DNA of 64,000 bases from Gemmatimonadales bacterium (GTDB taxonomy: Bacteria; Gemmatimonadota; Gemmatimonadetes; Gemmatimonadales; GWC2-71-9), in the NCBI GenBank assembly GCA_965249575.1, contig OZ252244.1, positions 3,680,001 through 3,744,000 on the forward strand, read 5' to 3'. Positions 19,704 to 28,964 of the stretch are shown here, in pieces. Numbering within the stretch: position 1 is the first letter of the stretch; each line of letters opens with the position of its first letter. The position numbers were made by a program, and so were the translations under genes. The notes beneath the pieces were generated by a model that was not told where the DNA came from, searched no databases, and saw only the letters and a list, made by a program, of their open reading frames with translations.

Positions 19704-21061
19704 GGGCCACCTCCATCGTGTTGGTGGCCACCAGCCCCGCCGGGCATCACGATCAGTGTGTAGCTGTTGTCAGACGTCAGGTACGCGCCAGTCACGCGGC
19801 GGATCTCCTCGAGCGTGATACTCTGCACGGCCCGGAGGTCGGTTTGCATCTGATCTAGCGACTCGTGGAAATGCATGAAATGCTGTATCTCCTCGGCGAG
19901 CTGCTCCGTCGTGGTACGGCGAGCGAGCGCGGCGGAGCGCACGAAGCTCCGGGCCCTGTCCAATTCACCGGGCGATACCGGGTCCAAAACCAGTCGTTGG
20001 ACCTCCCGTTCGAGCTCGGCGGTGAGCGAGTCGGCTGAGACGCCCTCGCTGGCAATGGCGTAGAGGTACAGGAACCCGGGGGCGCGCCGCGAATCCACTG
20101 CGATACCGGTCTGGCGCGCGGTCCGACGCTCTACCACCAGCGACTGGTGGAGCCGGGATGGCTCGCCGTGGCCCAGCAGCGACGTGACCAGCGCCAGGGG
20201 CAGGCGGTCCGGGTTGGCGTGTGGGGGGATGCGGTACGCGCGGATGACTCCAGGGAGCCTGGCCAGCGGATCGGACCATTCGTGAGTCCGGGCGCCAGCC
20301 CCGAGTGGCGCGTCGCACGACGGAACATTCGGAATGGAGCCTCTCGGAATGTCGCCGAAGTACTGTTTGATGATCGTCCTGGCGACGGACATCTCAAAAT
20401 CACCTACGACGGCCAGCGTGGCGTTGTTCGGGCGGTAGTACTCGTCGAAAAAGGCCTGGACGTCCGCGGTGTCGGCAGTATCCAGGTCCGCAAGGGCTCC
20501 GAACGCGGAGTGTGCGTACGGGAAGCATGTCGCCGAGTCGAAGGCGAGGGGAAGGCCATCGAGGAAAGCGGCGGAATACGGCTGGTTGTCGACGCGGAAC
20601 CGGCGCTCCTCTCGTATACGGTCCCGCTGGCCTCGTAGCGCGTCGTCCGTGATCACGAGGGAGCGCATGCGGTCGGCTTCGAGCCACAGGCCCAGCGTCA
20701 GCTCGTGAGAAGGAAGGGTCTGGAGATACTGCGTCCGGTCCTCGCTGCTGGAGGCGCTCAGCCTTCCTCCGGCCCGATGAACCAGTTGGTAGTGCTCCCC
20801 GCCCGCGACGTTGGCGGATCCCTGAAACATTAGGTACTGAAGGAGATGAGCAAATCCGGATCGTCCTGGCTGTTCGTTGGCGCTCCCGACGTTGTACCAG
20901 ATATCGACGGTCACGAGCGGCGTCGAGTGGTCCTCGGCGAGGACCACCCTGAGGCCGTTCTCCAGGCTATACGTTTCGATTGGCGCCTGGGCCTGCCCAG
21001 ACCGGGGGCAGAAGAGAAAGGTGACCAGTAGTAGCAAACCAGCCATAGCGTGCTGCGTCAT
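19700..21061 (-). CDS. M16 peptidase-like subunit with degenerate zinc motif (HLLQY)
   Basis: LENGLRVVL, WYNVGSANE, GFAHLLQYLMFQGS, LEADRM and YYRPNNATL motifs; signal peptide from ATG 21061. Confidence 0.85.
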   Translation of the reverse strand: MTQHAMAGLLLLVTFLFCPRSGQAQAPIETYSLENGLRVVLAEDHSTPLVTVDIWYNVGSANEQPGRSGFAHLLQYLMFQGSANVAGGEHYQLVHRAGGRLSASSSEDRTQYLQTLPSHELTLGLWLEADRMRSLVITDDALRGQRDRIREERRFRVDNQPYSAAFLDGLPLAFDSATCFPYAHSAFGALADLDTADTADVQAFFDEYYRPNNATLAVVGDFEMSVARTIIKQYFGDIPRGSIPNVPSCDAPLGAGARTHEWSDPLARLPGVIRAYRIPPHANPDRLPLALVTSLLGHGEPSRLHQSLVVERRTARQTGIAVDSRRAPGFLYLYAIASEGVSADSLTAELEREVQRLVLDPVSPGELDRARSFVRSAALARRTTTEQLAEEIQHFMHFHESLDQMQTDLRAVQSITLEEIRRVTGAYLTSDNSYTLIVMPGGAGGHQHDGGGP

Positions 21062-21149
21062 ATGAGGGCGCCCTCGAGCGGGATAGATGGCAAACGAGGC
21101 ACCATACGGCGAGCGCATCTCCCACCGTAGCTGCCGCCTGGGTGAACTG

Positions 21150-21992
21150 TCAGTCGAGAACTCGCTGCCGAAAGAGATCCTGTAGTCGGCGGGTCGTTGG
21201 CCCTGGGCGTCCGTCGGCAACCGTGTGGCCGTCGATCGTGACAACCGGCAGTACCTCCGCGGTCGTGCCGGCCAGAAACAACTCGTCCGCCTCGTCGAGT
21301 TGCTCAACGAAGAGGGGTGTTTCCCGTGCAGGAATCTGATCTTCGGCACACAACATCAGCACGGCGCTTCTCGTTATTCCCGGCAGTACGTAGTTCGTGA
21401 GCGGGGCTGTACGAACTTCACCGTCGAAGACCGCAAAAAAGCTCGTGTGACTCCCCTCGAGTGCCACCCCGTCGCGAACGAGGATGGCTTCGTGCGCGCC
21501 ACCCTCGTGGGCCGTCTGGTTCGCGAGACAGTTCGCGAGTAGCGAGATCGCCTTGATGTCACAGCGGGACCACCGCAGGTCGGGCACGGTGATCGAGTCG
21601 ATGCCTTCCCTTGAATGGTCGGCGGCGAGGAGAGGCGCCGCGTAGGCGTACACCGTTGGCGACACGTCGGCCGGCGGAAAGTAGTGGGTCCTTGGAGCCG
21701 AACCGCGTGTGACTTGAACGTATACGATGCCATCGCCGGCCCCGAGGCCAGCTCGGCCGAGCAATTCACTCGCGACGCCCTCAAGCCCGGCGGAATCGAT
21801 CCCTCGGATCTGTGTCTCCCTGAGGCTGTAGGCCAGTCGATCGAGGTGAGCTTGCAGCTCGAAGAGGCGGCCGCCGTACGCGCGGGCCACCTCATACACG
21901 CCGTCTCCGAGCAAGAAGCCTCGGTCGTCCGGTGAGATACGGAGCGCTTCCTTCGAGACGTACTCCCCGTTGTAGTACACGGTGGTACTCAT
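21150..21992 (-). CDS. Class IV PLP aminotransferase (D-amino acid transaminase-like)
   Basis: DRGFLLGDGVYEV, HLDRL, RCDIKAISLL and LPGITR motifs. Confidence 0.88.
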   Translation of the reverse strand: MSTTVYYNGEYVSKEALRISPDDRGFLLGDGVYEVARAYGGRLFELQAHLDRLAYSLRETQIRGIDSAGLEGVASELLGRAGLGAGDGIVYVQVTRGSAPRTHYFPPADVSPTVYAYAAPLLAADHSREGIDSITVPDLRWSRCDIKAISLLANCLANQTAHEGGAHEAILVRDGVALEGSHTSFFAVFDGEVRTAPLTNYVLPGITRSAVLMLCAEDQIPARETPLFVEQLDEADELFLAGTTAEVLPVVTIDGHTVADGRPGPTTRRLQDLFRQRVLD

Positions 21993-22063
21993 TCGCTCAT
22001 CCAGCTCCCGGTGGAGACGTTCGGCTCTCGACGTGAGCGATGGTGATCGCCCTGAGCAACGGG

Positions 22064-22441
22064 TCAGCGATGTCCAACGATACCCCAGAGCAGTGCGGCC
22101 CACCCCGTGAGGAAGCATAAGCCGCCAATCGGCGTGACCGCGCCCCACCCCCGGATCCCGGTAAGTGAGAGAACGTAGAGGCTGCCGGAAAAGGTCAGTG
22201 TTCCGCCAATGAAGGACCAGCCGGCCACCTGGGCCTCGGTGCTGGGCCAACGGGAATACACCCAAGCGACCGCAAAGAGCCCAATCGCATGGTACATCTG
22301 GTAGCGGGCACCCGTCTCGAAGACTGCCTGAAGGTCAGGCACTAGGCGCGACCGGAGGAGGTGGGCGCCGAACGCGCCCGCGGCCACCGATAGGAACGCA
22401 GACGCGGCGCCGACCACCGCGAAGATGCGGTCAGGAGTCAT
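22064..22441 (-). CDS. DUF423 small membrane protein
   Basis: GAFGAH, YQMYHA, FSGSLY and GAVTPIGG motifs. Confidence 0.9.
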   Translation of the reverse strand: MTPDRIFAVVGAASAFLSVAAGAFGAHLLRSRLVPDLQAVFETGARYQMYHAIGLFAVAWVYSRWPSTEAQVAGWSFIGGTLTFSGSLYVLSLTGIRGWGAVTPIGGLCFLTGWAALLWGIVGHR

Positions 22442-22661
22442 CTGGAGCGTCGGTCGGCCCGGCAAAGGCACCGAGTGTGTCACGTGCGGCGCGCTCGTCA
22501 CCGGGGCGCACGAGGATGCTCGCTCCGCCCGACAGGGGCCCGTGTTTCATTCCCTCTGCTGACTGCACGAGGTGCGGAATCGCGGCCTGAGCAAGGAGTC
22601 CGGCGGCAATTTCGGCCTCGGTGCGGGTCCGGAAGTTGGCGACCGCTAGGAGGTTATCCAT
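22431..22661 (-). CDS. DUF2007-like small protein
   Basis: EAEIAAGLLAQAAIP...ILVRPGDERAAR pattern. Confidence 0.6.
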   Translation of the reverse strand: MDNLLAVANFRTRTEAEIAAGLLAQAAIPHLVQSAEGMKHGPLSGGASILVRPGDERAARDTLGAFAGPTDAPDDS

Positions 22662-22691
22662 GACGTGATTCCGGACCCATCGGGATCGATG

Positions 22692-22700
22692 ATTGTATCA
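22692..22700 (-). promoter_or_regulatory. Extended -10 promoter for the DUF2007/DUF423 genes
   Basis: TGaTACAAT on the minus strand, about 30 nt upstream of ATG 22661. Confidence 0.45.
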
Positions 22701-23561
22701 TCACGTCGGGAAGATCCGCAGCGGATTTGTGCGCGTGACCTTCACCTGAAACTCCTCAGACAGAGGAAGCGACCGGAACTGGTCCAGGTTCTGCTTGAGA
22801 TCGCGCACTCCGGGGCTCGGCCAGTCGGTGCCCCATAGCACTCTGTCTCCGATTTCCTCTAGACGGGGGAAGTAGTCGAGCAGCTTGAGCGGCGGTATCC
22901 CAGAGAGCTCGAGGCAAATGTTCCGATGTCTCCGCAGGAGGAAAAATGCCTCGTCCATCCAGAGCGGGCGGCCGCCGTGCGCCATGATGATGGTGAGATC
23001 CGGGAAATCGATCGCAACATCGTCGAGCTCCATCGGCCGTCCGAACTTGCAGCGCGCCCCCGGGAAAATGCTAGTTCCGGTGTGGATCATGACTGGGAGC
23101 CCCCGCTCCTCGCATCGACGGTAGATGCGGGCCAACGCCTCCAAGCCCTGCGTATAGGCGTTCGCCGGGATCTGTTGGTGCGGAGGATGGATCTTGAGAC
23201 AGCGGATTCCGAGGGCGAGCAACTCCTCGACCTGGCCTTCGGGATCCTGCGTGAAGCGCGGGTGGACACCGCCAAACGGCAACAGGCGCTCCGGTGCGTT
23301 GGCGGCATACTGAGCGGCAAAAGTGTTGGTCTCGTCGGTGAACCCCATGAGGTCGGGACTCGGGTAGTTGATGAGGCCGACCCGCCAGATACCGCTCGCG
23401 TCCATTATGCCGAGGAGCGTCCCCGGATCTTCCATCAGCGCCATCAGGCGCTCCCACTCCTCCTCCTTGCCCCGGCGCATCGCGGCCGCGACGGCAGGCT
23501 TCAGTTGCCGCCAGGGCTGGATATGAATGTGGATGTCCGTGACGCCGGGTTCGTCCGTCAT
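22701..23561 (-). CDS. Amidohydrolase family 2 protein
   Basis: DIHIH, LKIHP, MIHTG, MAHGG and LWGTDWP motifs. Confidence 0.85.
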   Translation of the reverse strand: MTDEPGVTDIHIHIQPWRQLKPAVAAAMRRGKEEEWERLMALMEDPGTLLGIMDASGIWRVGLINYPSPDLMGFTDETNTFAAQYAANAPERLLPFGGVHPRFTQDPEGQVEELLALGIRCLKIHPPHQQIPANAYTQGLEALARIYRRCEERGLPVMIHTGTSIFPGARCKFGRPMELDDVAIDFPDLTIIMAHGGRPLWMDEAFFLLRRHRNICLELSGIPPLKLLDYFPRLEEIGDRVLWGTDWPSPGVRDLKQNLDQFRSLPLSEEFQVKVTRTNPLRIFPT

Positions 23562-24340
23562 CGGCCGGTAAATTTCGCCGGTCGCTTTTCCAGAAAGGCC
23601 GAGACCCCCTCGACCTTGTCTTCGGAAGCGAACGCGACGCCGAATAGTGCGACCTCGAGTCGCAGGCCTTCGTCCAAGGGCGTTCGCGCGCTCGCTTGCA
23701 CGGCCTCCTTGATGAGCTGGAGTGCCAATGGGCTCTTCTCTGCGATCGTCCGGGCCAGTGCCGTCGTCCGGTTGAGGAGCGCATCCCCCGGGACGACTTC
23801 GTCGATCAATCCGATACGGAGCGCCTCGGTGGCATCGATCAGCTCACCGGAGTAGAGCAACTTGAAGGCGTTTCCCATCCCGACTAGACGGGGGAGGCGC
23901 TGCGTGCCGCCACCCCCGGGGATGATGCCGAGGTTCACTTCCGGCTGTCCGAGCCTCGCGCTGCGTGCGGCGATCCGTATGTCGCAGGCCAGGGCAAGCT
24001 CGCACCCACCGCCCAGACAGTATCCGTTGATGGCCGCGATCACGGGTTTCGGGAATCCGGCGACGCCCCCGAAGACCGATGGTGCCCGCATTACCCGGTA
24101 TTGGTCCGGGGCGGTCCGCCCTTCGAATTCTCCAATATCCGCGCCGGCAACGAACGCCTTCTCTCCCGCTCCCGTGATGATGACGACGCGGGCGTCCGGC
24201 GCGTCCCGGAGCTCGTCGAGGCGGGCGAGTAGGTCGCTGCGGGTCGCGCCATTCAACGCGTTGCGCTTCTCCGGGCGATTGATGGTCAGTGTGGCGACCC
24301 CGTCCTCGACGCGGCTCAGGACGTTTGCTGACTCGGCCAT
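23558..24340 (-). CDS. Enoyl-CoA hydratase (PaaF/crotonase-like)
   Basis: AFVAGADI, GGGCELALACD and QPEVNLG motifs, with two catalytic Glu. Confidence 0.88.
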   Translation of the reverse strand: MAESANVLSRVEDGVATLTINRPEKRNALNGATRSDLLARLDELRDAPDARVVIITGAGEKAFVAGADIGEFEGRTAPDQYRVMRAPSVFGGVAGFPKPVIAAINGYCLGGGCELALACDIRIAARSARLGQPEVNLGIIPGGGGTQRLPRLVGMGNAFKLLYSGELIDATEALRIGLIDEVVPGDALLNRTTALARTIAEKSPLALQLIKEAVQASARTPLDEGLRLEVALFGVAFASEDKVEGVSAFLEKRPAKFTGR

Positions 24341-25179
24341 TCGTAGAATCCTTTTCCCGTCTTTTTGCCCAGCTCCCCCGCGCGGACCTTCTCTCGAAGG
24401 ATCCGTGGGGGCGCGTAGTGATCCTGCTGGAGCTCGGAGTGCAAGTACTCCGTGATGGCGAGGCGTACATCCAACCCGACGAGGTCCGTGACCTTGAGTG
24501 GGCCCATCGGGTGCCCGTACCCCAGCTCCATCGCCCGGTCGATGTCTTCGGCGGTCGCGACGCCGGCCTGTACCATACGCATCGCCTCCAGCCCGAGCGC
24601 GACTCCTAGACGCGACGAAGCGAATCCGGGCGAGTCACGCACCACGATCGGCTCCTTGCCCATCCGGGTCGCGACTTCTCTGACGAACTGTACTGACTCG
24701 ACGTCTGTCCGCTCGTGGGAAACGATCTCGACCAACTTCATGACGTGGACGGGATTGAAGAAGTGCATTCCGAGGACGCGTTCTGGCGCTCTGGTTGCCG
24801 CGGCCAGGCCGGCGATGGAGATAGACGAGGTGTTAGAGGCCAGGATCGTCGTCCTCGGCGTGAGCTGATCGAGGCGCGTGAATAGCGCCCGCTTGATCGC
24901 CGGATCCTCGACAATCGCCTCAACGACGAGCTGAGCGTCGCCGACGGCCGCCTCGAGAGAGCGCTCGAACCGAATGCGGTCCCGCGCGGCGTCGGCGTCA
25001 GTTTGGGTGATCTTTCCCCGCTCCACACCTCCGGCAAGGTTTTTTCGAATCCGCTGGGCTGCGGCTTCGAGTGCCACGGATTCTGTGTCAGCGAGCGTGG
25101 TATCGTACCCGCCGACCGCTGCAACATGTGCGATGCCGTGCCCCATGGTCCCGGCCCCGATGACGGCGACACAGGTCAT
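24316..25179 (-). CDS. 3-hydroxyacyl-CoA dehydrogenase (PaaH/Hbd-like)
   Basis: GAGTMGHGIA, SNTSS, GMHFFNP and HPMGPL motifs. Confidence 0.9.
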   Translation of the reverse strand: MTCVAVIGAGTMGHGIAHVAAVGGYDTTLADTESVALEAAAQRIRKNLAGGVERGKITQTDADAARDRIRFERSLEAAVGDAQLVVEAIVEDPAIKRALFTRLDQLTPRTTILASNTSSISIAGLAAATRAPERVLGMHFFNPVHVMKLVEIVSHERTDVESVQFVREVATRMGKEPIVVRDSPGFASSRLGVALGLEAMRMVQAGVATAEDIDRAMELGYGHPMGPLKVTDLVGLDVRLAITEYLHSELQQDHYAPPRILREKVRAGELGKKTGKGFYEWPSQQTS

Positions 25180-25847
25180 CGGAGCGCGGACCGCGCAATA
25201 TCGGGTCGGTTGGTGCAGATCGCATCGACGCCGATACCCGCGAGCTCGGCCATGCGGCCCGGGTCGTCGACCGTCCAGGCAACCACTCGGTACCCGGCCC
25301 CACGCGCTTGTGCGACCAGATCGTGATCAATCATCCCATGCTCCTGCCAGAGCTCGGTGGCGCCCGCGTCGCTGAGTTGCGGGAGGGGTCGCACTGGGTA
25401 GGAGGTCGAGAGCACTCCGCAGGGAAGCGTGGGCCGCCTCTCCCACAACCGGCGAATCACTCGGTGATCGAACGCGTGGACGTGATAATGCGCAGGCGCG
25501 GGGCCGGAGTCGAGGAGGCTGAGGAGCGCCTCATCGTTGGGGGCATCGAAGGATTTGATCTCGATATAGAGAGTGATGCGGTCGCCGGCAACGCGCAGGA
25601 CCTCCGCCACAGAGGGTACGGGCTCGTCGTTCGCCAGACGGTGCGCCCGCGTCTCCGCGGCGGCCATCTCGAGAATCGGGCGGCCGGCGATGAGCGGGTC
25701 GTGATGCACGGTAAATTCGCCGTCTGCCGTTGCGTGCACGTCGAGCTCGATGCCGTCCGCCTCCATCTCGATCGCGAGGCGAAAGGCCTCGAGTGAGTTT
25801 TCCAGTGCGTAGGCCGAGGCACCGCGGTGTGCGATGACGTCAGGCAA
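25176..25847 (-). CDS. Glycerophosphodiester phosphodiesterase family protein
   Basis: IAHRGAS, ENSL, IELDVH, HHD, IEIK, WTVDD and ICTNRP motifs. Confidence 0.88.
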   Translation of the reverse strand: MPDVIAHRGASAYALENSLEAFRLAIEMEADGIELDVHATADGEFTVHHDPLIAGRPILEMAAAETRAHRLANDEPVPSVAEVLRVAGDRITLYIEIKSFDAPNDEALLSLLDSGPAPAHYHVHAFDHRVIRRLWERRPTLPCGVLSTSYPVRPLPQLSDAGATELWQEHGMIDHDLVAQARGAGYRVVAWTVDDPGRMAELAGIGVDAICTNRPDIARSALR

Positions 25848-26963
25848 CTAATTCGAGCTCGTTAGCCTGCGCGCCTCGATCCAGCCGTCGTCCTTCGTCA
25901 AACTGTGTACGGTCTCGTAGTCATCCTTGCTGGGCGTGACCGACGCCACGTAGTCATTGTAGCGGTCCGCGCTCAGCGGTTCCCCGTCAACCGTGTAATG
26001 CTGGTGCGAGAACGCCCCAATCCGGCGGTTGAACTTGATGTCGGGAATCTTCAACCAGCGGTCTCGATCGGGGATATAGTCGTTCAGGCGTTCCACGAGA
26101 CGCACGCACTCCTCACGGTACAGGACGCGGGCGAGATCGTTCAACTGTCCCTGATCGGCGGGACTGGGATTCTCTCGCTCGTCGAAACGACCCTTGAGAC
26201 CCCACACGTACGCCCAGTGCGCGGACGAGGAATTGTCGGTACCGAATAGATCGAACGCGGTCGGAACCCATTTGTTGAAGAACCGCTGCATCAGCTCGGG
26301 CTGGAGGCGTCCGGCTTTGACGATGCGAAGTAGGCCGCTGTTACCAGTACCTAGGTGATAGCTCTCTTCCTTGAGCATGGGCCCCATCGAACGAGCCAGC
26401 GGGTCGAAGGACGACACCGAGAGCATCTTGAGCTGGAACTTCCCGTCGCGGTCGATGAACTGCGTGTACGTGAAGAAGTCGAGCCAATTGTCGACCAACT
26501 CGTTGAAGCTCCCGAGCAGCCGTTCGCCCTCATCCGCGCGGCGATCGAGCAGTTTCTGTGCTTCCCGCTTGCCTTCATCGCCGAAGTGCTCGCACAGCAG
26601 GTACGACATCTGCCAGCCGTGTCGCATCTCCTCGCACATCACACGGGTGATGGAAAGGAGGTCGTAATCGCTAGGGGGCTTGAGCAGTAAATTGCGCTGC
26701 TGCTCGACCGAAGCGAACTCGGTATCGCCCTGATAGACGATGAGATTGAGGAGCGCGTCCCGAATGCGCTGGTCGGGAATGTGCATGAGGCTTGGCCACT
26801 TGAGCTGCCCCTTGTAGTGGCCGAACTCGATCTCGGTGGCCTCGGGTTCGGCAAACTTGATCCCGAACTCGAACTTACGAAGCTCGTCGCGCTCCAGGCC
26901 AATGGAATCCTGCCAGTAGCGGAAGTAATCGATCCAGTCGTCCCAGTTGTGAACTTTGCGCAT
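25848..26963 (-). CDS. BoxB-like ferritin-fold di-iron aromatic-CoA epoxidase (short form, 371 aa)
   Basis: QGDTEFASVEQQR, EEMRH, DRDGKFQL and EESYH motifs match the BoxB di-iron ligand pattern; AAGGA RBS before ATG 26963. Confidence 0.8.
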   Translation of the reverse strand: MRKVHNWDDWIDYFRYWQDSIGLERDELRKFEFGIKFAEPEATEIEFGHYKGQLKWPSLMHIPDQRIRDALLNLIVYQGDTEFASVEQQRNLLLKPPSDYDLLSITRVMCEEMRHGWQMSYLLCEHFGDEGKREAQKLLDRRADEGERLLGSFNELVDNWLDFFTYTQFIDRDGKFQLKMLSVSSFDPLARSMGPMLKEESYHLGTGNSGLLRIVKAGRLQPELMQRFFNKWVPTAFDLFGTDNSSSAHWAYVWGLKGRFDERENPSPADQGQLNDLARVLYREECVRLVERLNDYIPDRDRWLKIPDIKFNRRIGAFSHQHYTVDGEPLSADRYNDYVASVTPSKDDYETVHSLTKDDGWIEARRLTSSN

Positions 26964-26973
26964 GGTCCGTTCC

Positions 26974-27768
26974 TTACCTGCCAGCGAAAATGGGTGGCCG
27001 TTTGGCGAGGAAAGCCTCGAGCCCTTCCGTCGCGTCCGAACTCTTGAAGCACGCCAACTGATGATCCAGCTCCACGTCCAGCATCTCACTCAAGCTGTGG
27101 CGCTCGCTGTCGTAGATGGCCCGTTTCGCGAGGGCCAGTGACAGGGGCGGCTTGGCCGCCAGCATGGCGGCAAGCTCGAGAGTTTTGGCTTCCAGCCGGT
27201 CGTGGGGAACGACTCGGCTGAACAGTCCGAGCCGCAGTGCCTCGCCGGCGTCGATCATCTCACCGCTGAACACCAGCTCGAGGGCCTTCGAGGGTCCCAC
27301 CAGACGGGGGAGAAAGTAGGTCCCCCCCCAGTCCGGATGGAGCCCAATCCGGTTGAAAGTCTGTCCGATCGTGGCTTGTTCTGACGCGATGCGGAGGTCG
27401 CAGGCCAGGGCCAGGTTGGCCCCACCGCCCGCGGCCGGTCCGTTGACGGACGCAATGACGGGCTTGGGTGTCTGCCGGATGCTGGTGACGACGGTGCGCC
27501 CGGCTTCGACGAGCGCCCGTGCCGCATCCCAGTCCCGATTCTCCAACAGGGTCTTCATGTACCCGATGTCCGCGCCGGCGCAAAACGCGCGACCGGCTCC
27601 CGTGACCACGAGCACTCGGATGTCGGGATCGGAGGCCATTGACTCGACGGCCTCAGCCACTTCCTGCCGCATACGCCCCGCGAACGCGTTCAGCTTGTCG
27701 GGACGATTGAGCATGACCGTTCCGATCCCAGCCTCCGACTTGAGCAAGATGTGCTCGAAGTCGCTCAC
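26974..27768 (-). CDS. Crotonase-family isomerase, PaaG-like
   Basis: GGGANLALACD and IGLHPDWGGTYFLPRLVG (Asp instead of the Glu pair); GTG start overlapping the thiolase TGA. Confidence 0.8.
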   Translation of the reverse strand: MSDFEHILLKSEAGIGTVMLNRPDKLNAFAGRMRQEVAEAVESMASDPDIRVLVVTGAGRAFCAGADIGYMKTLLENRDWDAARALVEAGRTVVTSIRQTPKPVIASVNGPAAGGGANLALACDLRIASEQATIGQTFNRIGLHPDWGGTYFLPRLVGPSKALELVFSGEMIDAGEALRLGLFSRVVPHDRLEAKTLELAAMLAAKPPLSLALAKRAIYDSERHSLSEMLDVELDHQLACFKSSDATEGLEAFLAKRPPIFAGR

Positions 27769-28961
27769 AGGCGCTCCACCACGACGGCGATCCCCTGGCC
27801 GACGCCGATGCACATGGTCGCCAGTCCGTACCGACCGCCGGTACGGGTGAGGGAATGGACTAGGGTCGTCAGGAGCTTGGCGCCCGTGCACCCGAGTGGG
27901 TGCCCAAGGGCGATTGCCCCACCGAGGGGATTCACCCTCGACGGGTCCAATTCCAGTTCCCGGATACACGCGATGGCTTGGGCGGCGAAGGCTTCGTTCA
28001 GTTCCACATGGTCCAGGTCGCTCACGCCGAGGCCCGCGCGTTCGAGGGCCTTCTTCGTGGCGGGCACTGGTCCCAAACCCATGCATGACGGATCGACTCC
28101 GGCGACGGCCGATGCGACGATGCGGGCCATGGGGGTCATCCCACGCAGCCCCTTGGGTGTTCCACCCAGCACCAACAGTGCGGCCGCGCCGTCATTGATG
28201 CCGCTCGAGCTACCCGCCGTGACGGTCCCGCCCTTCACGAACGCCGGTTTGAGCTTCGCGAGTTTTTCGGTGGTTACGTCGGGCCGCGGGTGCTCATCTC
28301 GCTTGAAGGTCTCGGTGCGCCCGTTCGGCTGTTGGACGGAGACCGGCACAATCTCGTTCTCGAAGAAACAGGCGTTCTGCGCCGCGGCCGCCTTTGCCTG
28401 GCTCTCCGCGGCGAATGCGTCTTGCTCTTCCCGGCTGATACCGTAGCGTTTGGCAACGACTTCGGCGGTGGCGCCGAGGGAGATGGTCCACTCCGTGGGC
28501 ATCTTGGGATTGACCAGCCGCCACCCGACCGTGCTGTCCACGAGGTCCGGTGGCCGTCGGTCCCACGCCGTCGCGCGCTTCGCCATCACGTAAGGCGCTC
28601 GCGTCATGCTCTCGACACCGCCCGCGACGAACGCGTCCCCCTCGCCCGCCTTGATCGCCTGGGCCGCGCTCGCGACTGCCTGCGCGCCCGAACCGCACAA
28701 ACGATTGACGGTCTGCCCGGGCACGTCGACCGGATAGTTGGCGAGCAGGGCGGCCATGCGGGCGACGTTTCGGTTGTCCTCGCCCGCCTGATTGGTGCAT
28801 CCCAGAATGACGTCGTCGAGCCTAGTCGCCTCGAAGCCGGTCCGCTCGACCAGCGCGCGGAGCACGTGGGCGGCGAGATCGTCCGGGCGGACGCTCGCCA
28901 GCGCGCCCCCATGCCGGCCGACGGGGGTACGCAACGCCGCGCACACGAATGCGTCGCGCAT
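27765..28961 (-). CDS. Thiolase, 3-oxoadipyl-CoA thiolase (PaaJ/PcaF)-like
   Basis: NQAGEDNRNVARMA, NRLCGSG, NEAFAAQ, GHPLG and MCIGVGQG motifs. Confidence 0.9.
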   Translation of the reverse strand: MRDAFVCAALRTPVGRHGGALASVRPDDLAAHVLRALVERTGFEATRLDDVILGCTNQAGEDNRNVARMAALLANYPVDVPGQTVNRLCGSGAQAVASAAQAIKAGEGDAFVAGGVESMTRAPYVMAKRATAWDRRPPDLVDSTVGWRLVNPKMPTEWTISLGATAEVVAKRYGISREEQDAFAAESQAKAAAAQNACFFENEIVPVSVQQPNGRTETFKRDEHPRPDVTTEKLAKLKPAFVKGGTVTAGSSSGINDGAAALLVLGGTPKGLRGMTPMARIVASAVAGVDPSCMGLGPVPATKKALERAGLGVSDLDHVELNEAFAAQAIACIRELELDPSRVNPLGGAIALGHPLGCTGAKLLTTLVHSLTRTGGRYGLATMCIGVGQGIAVVVERL

Positions 28962-28964
28962 GAG

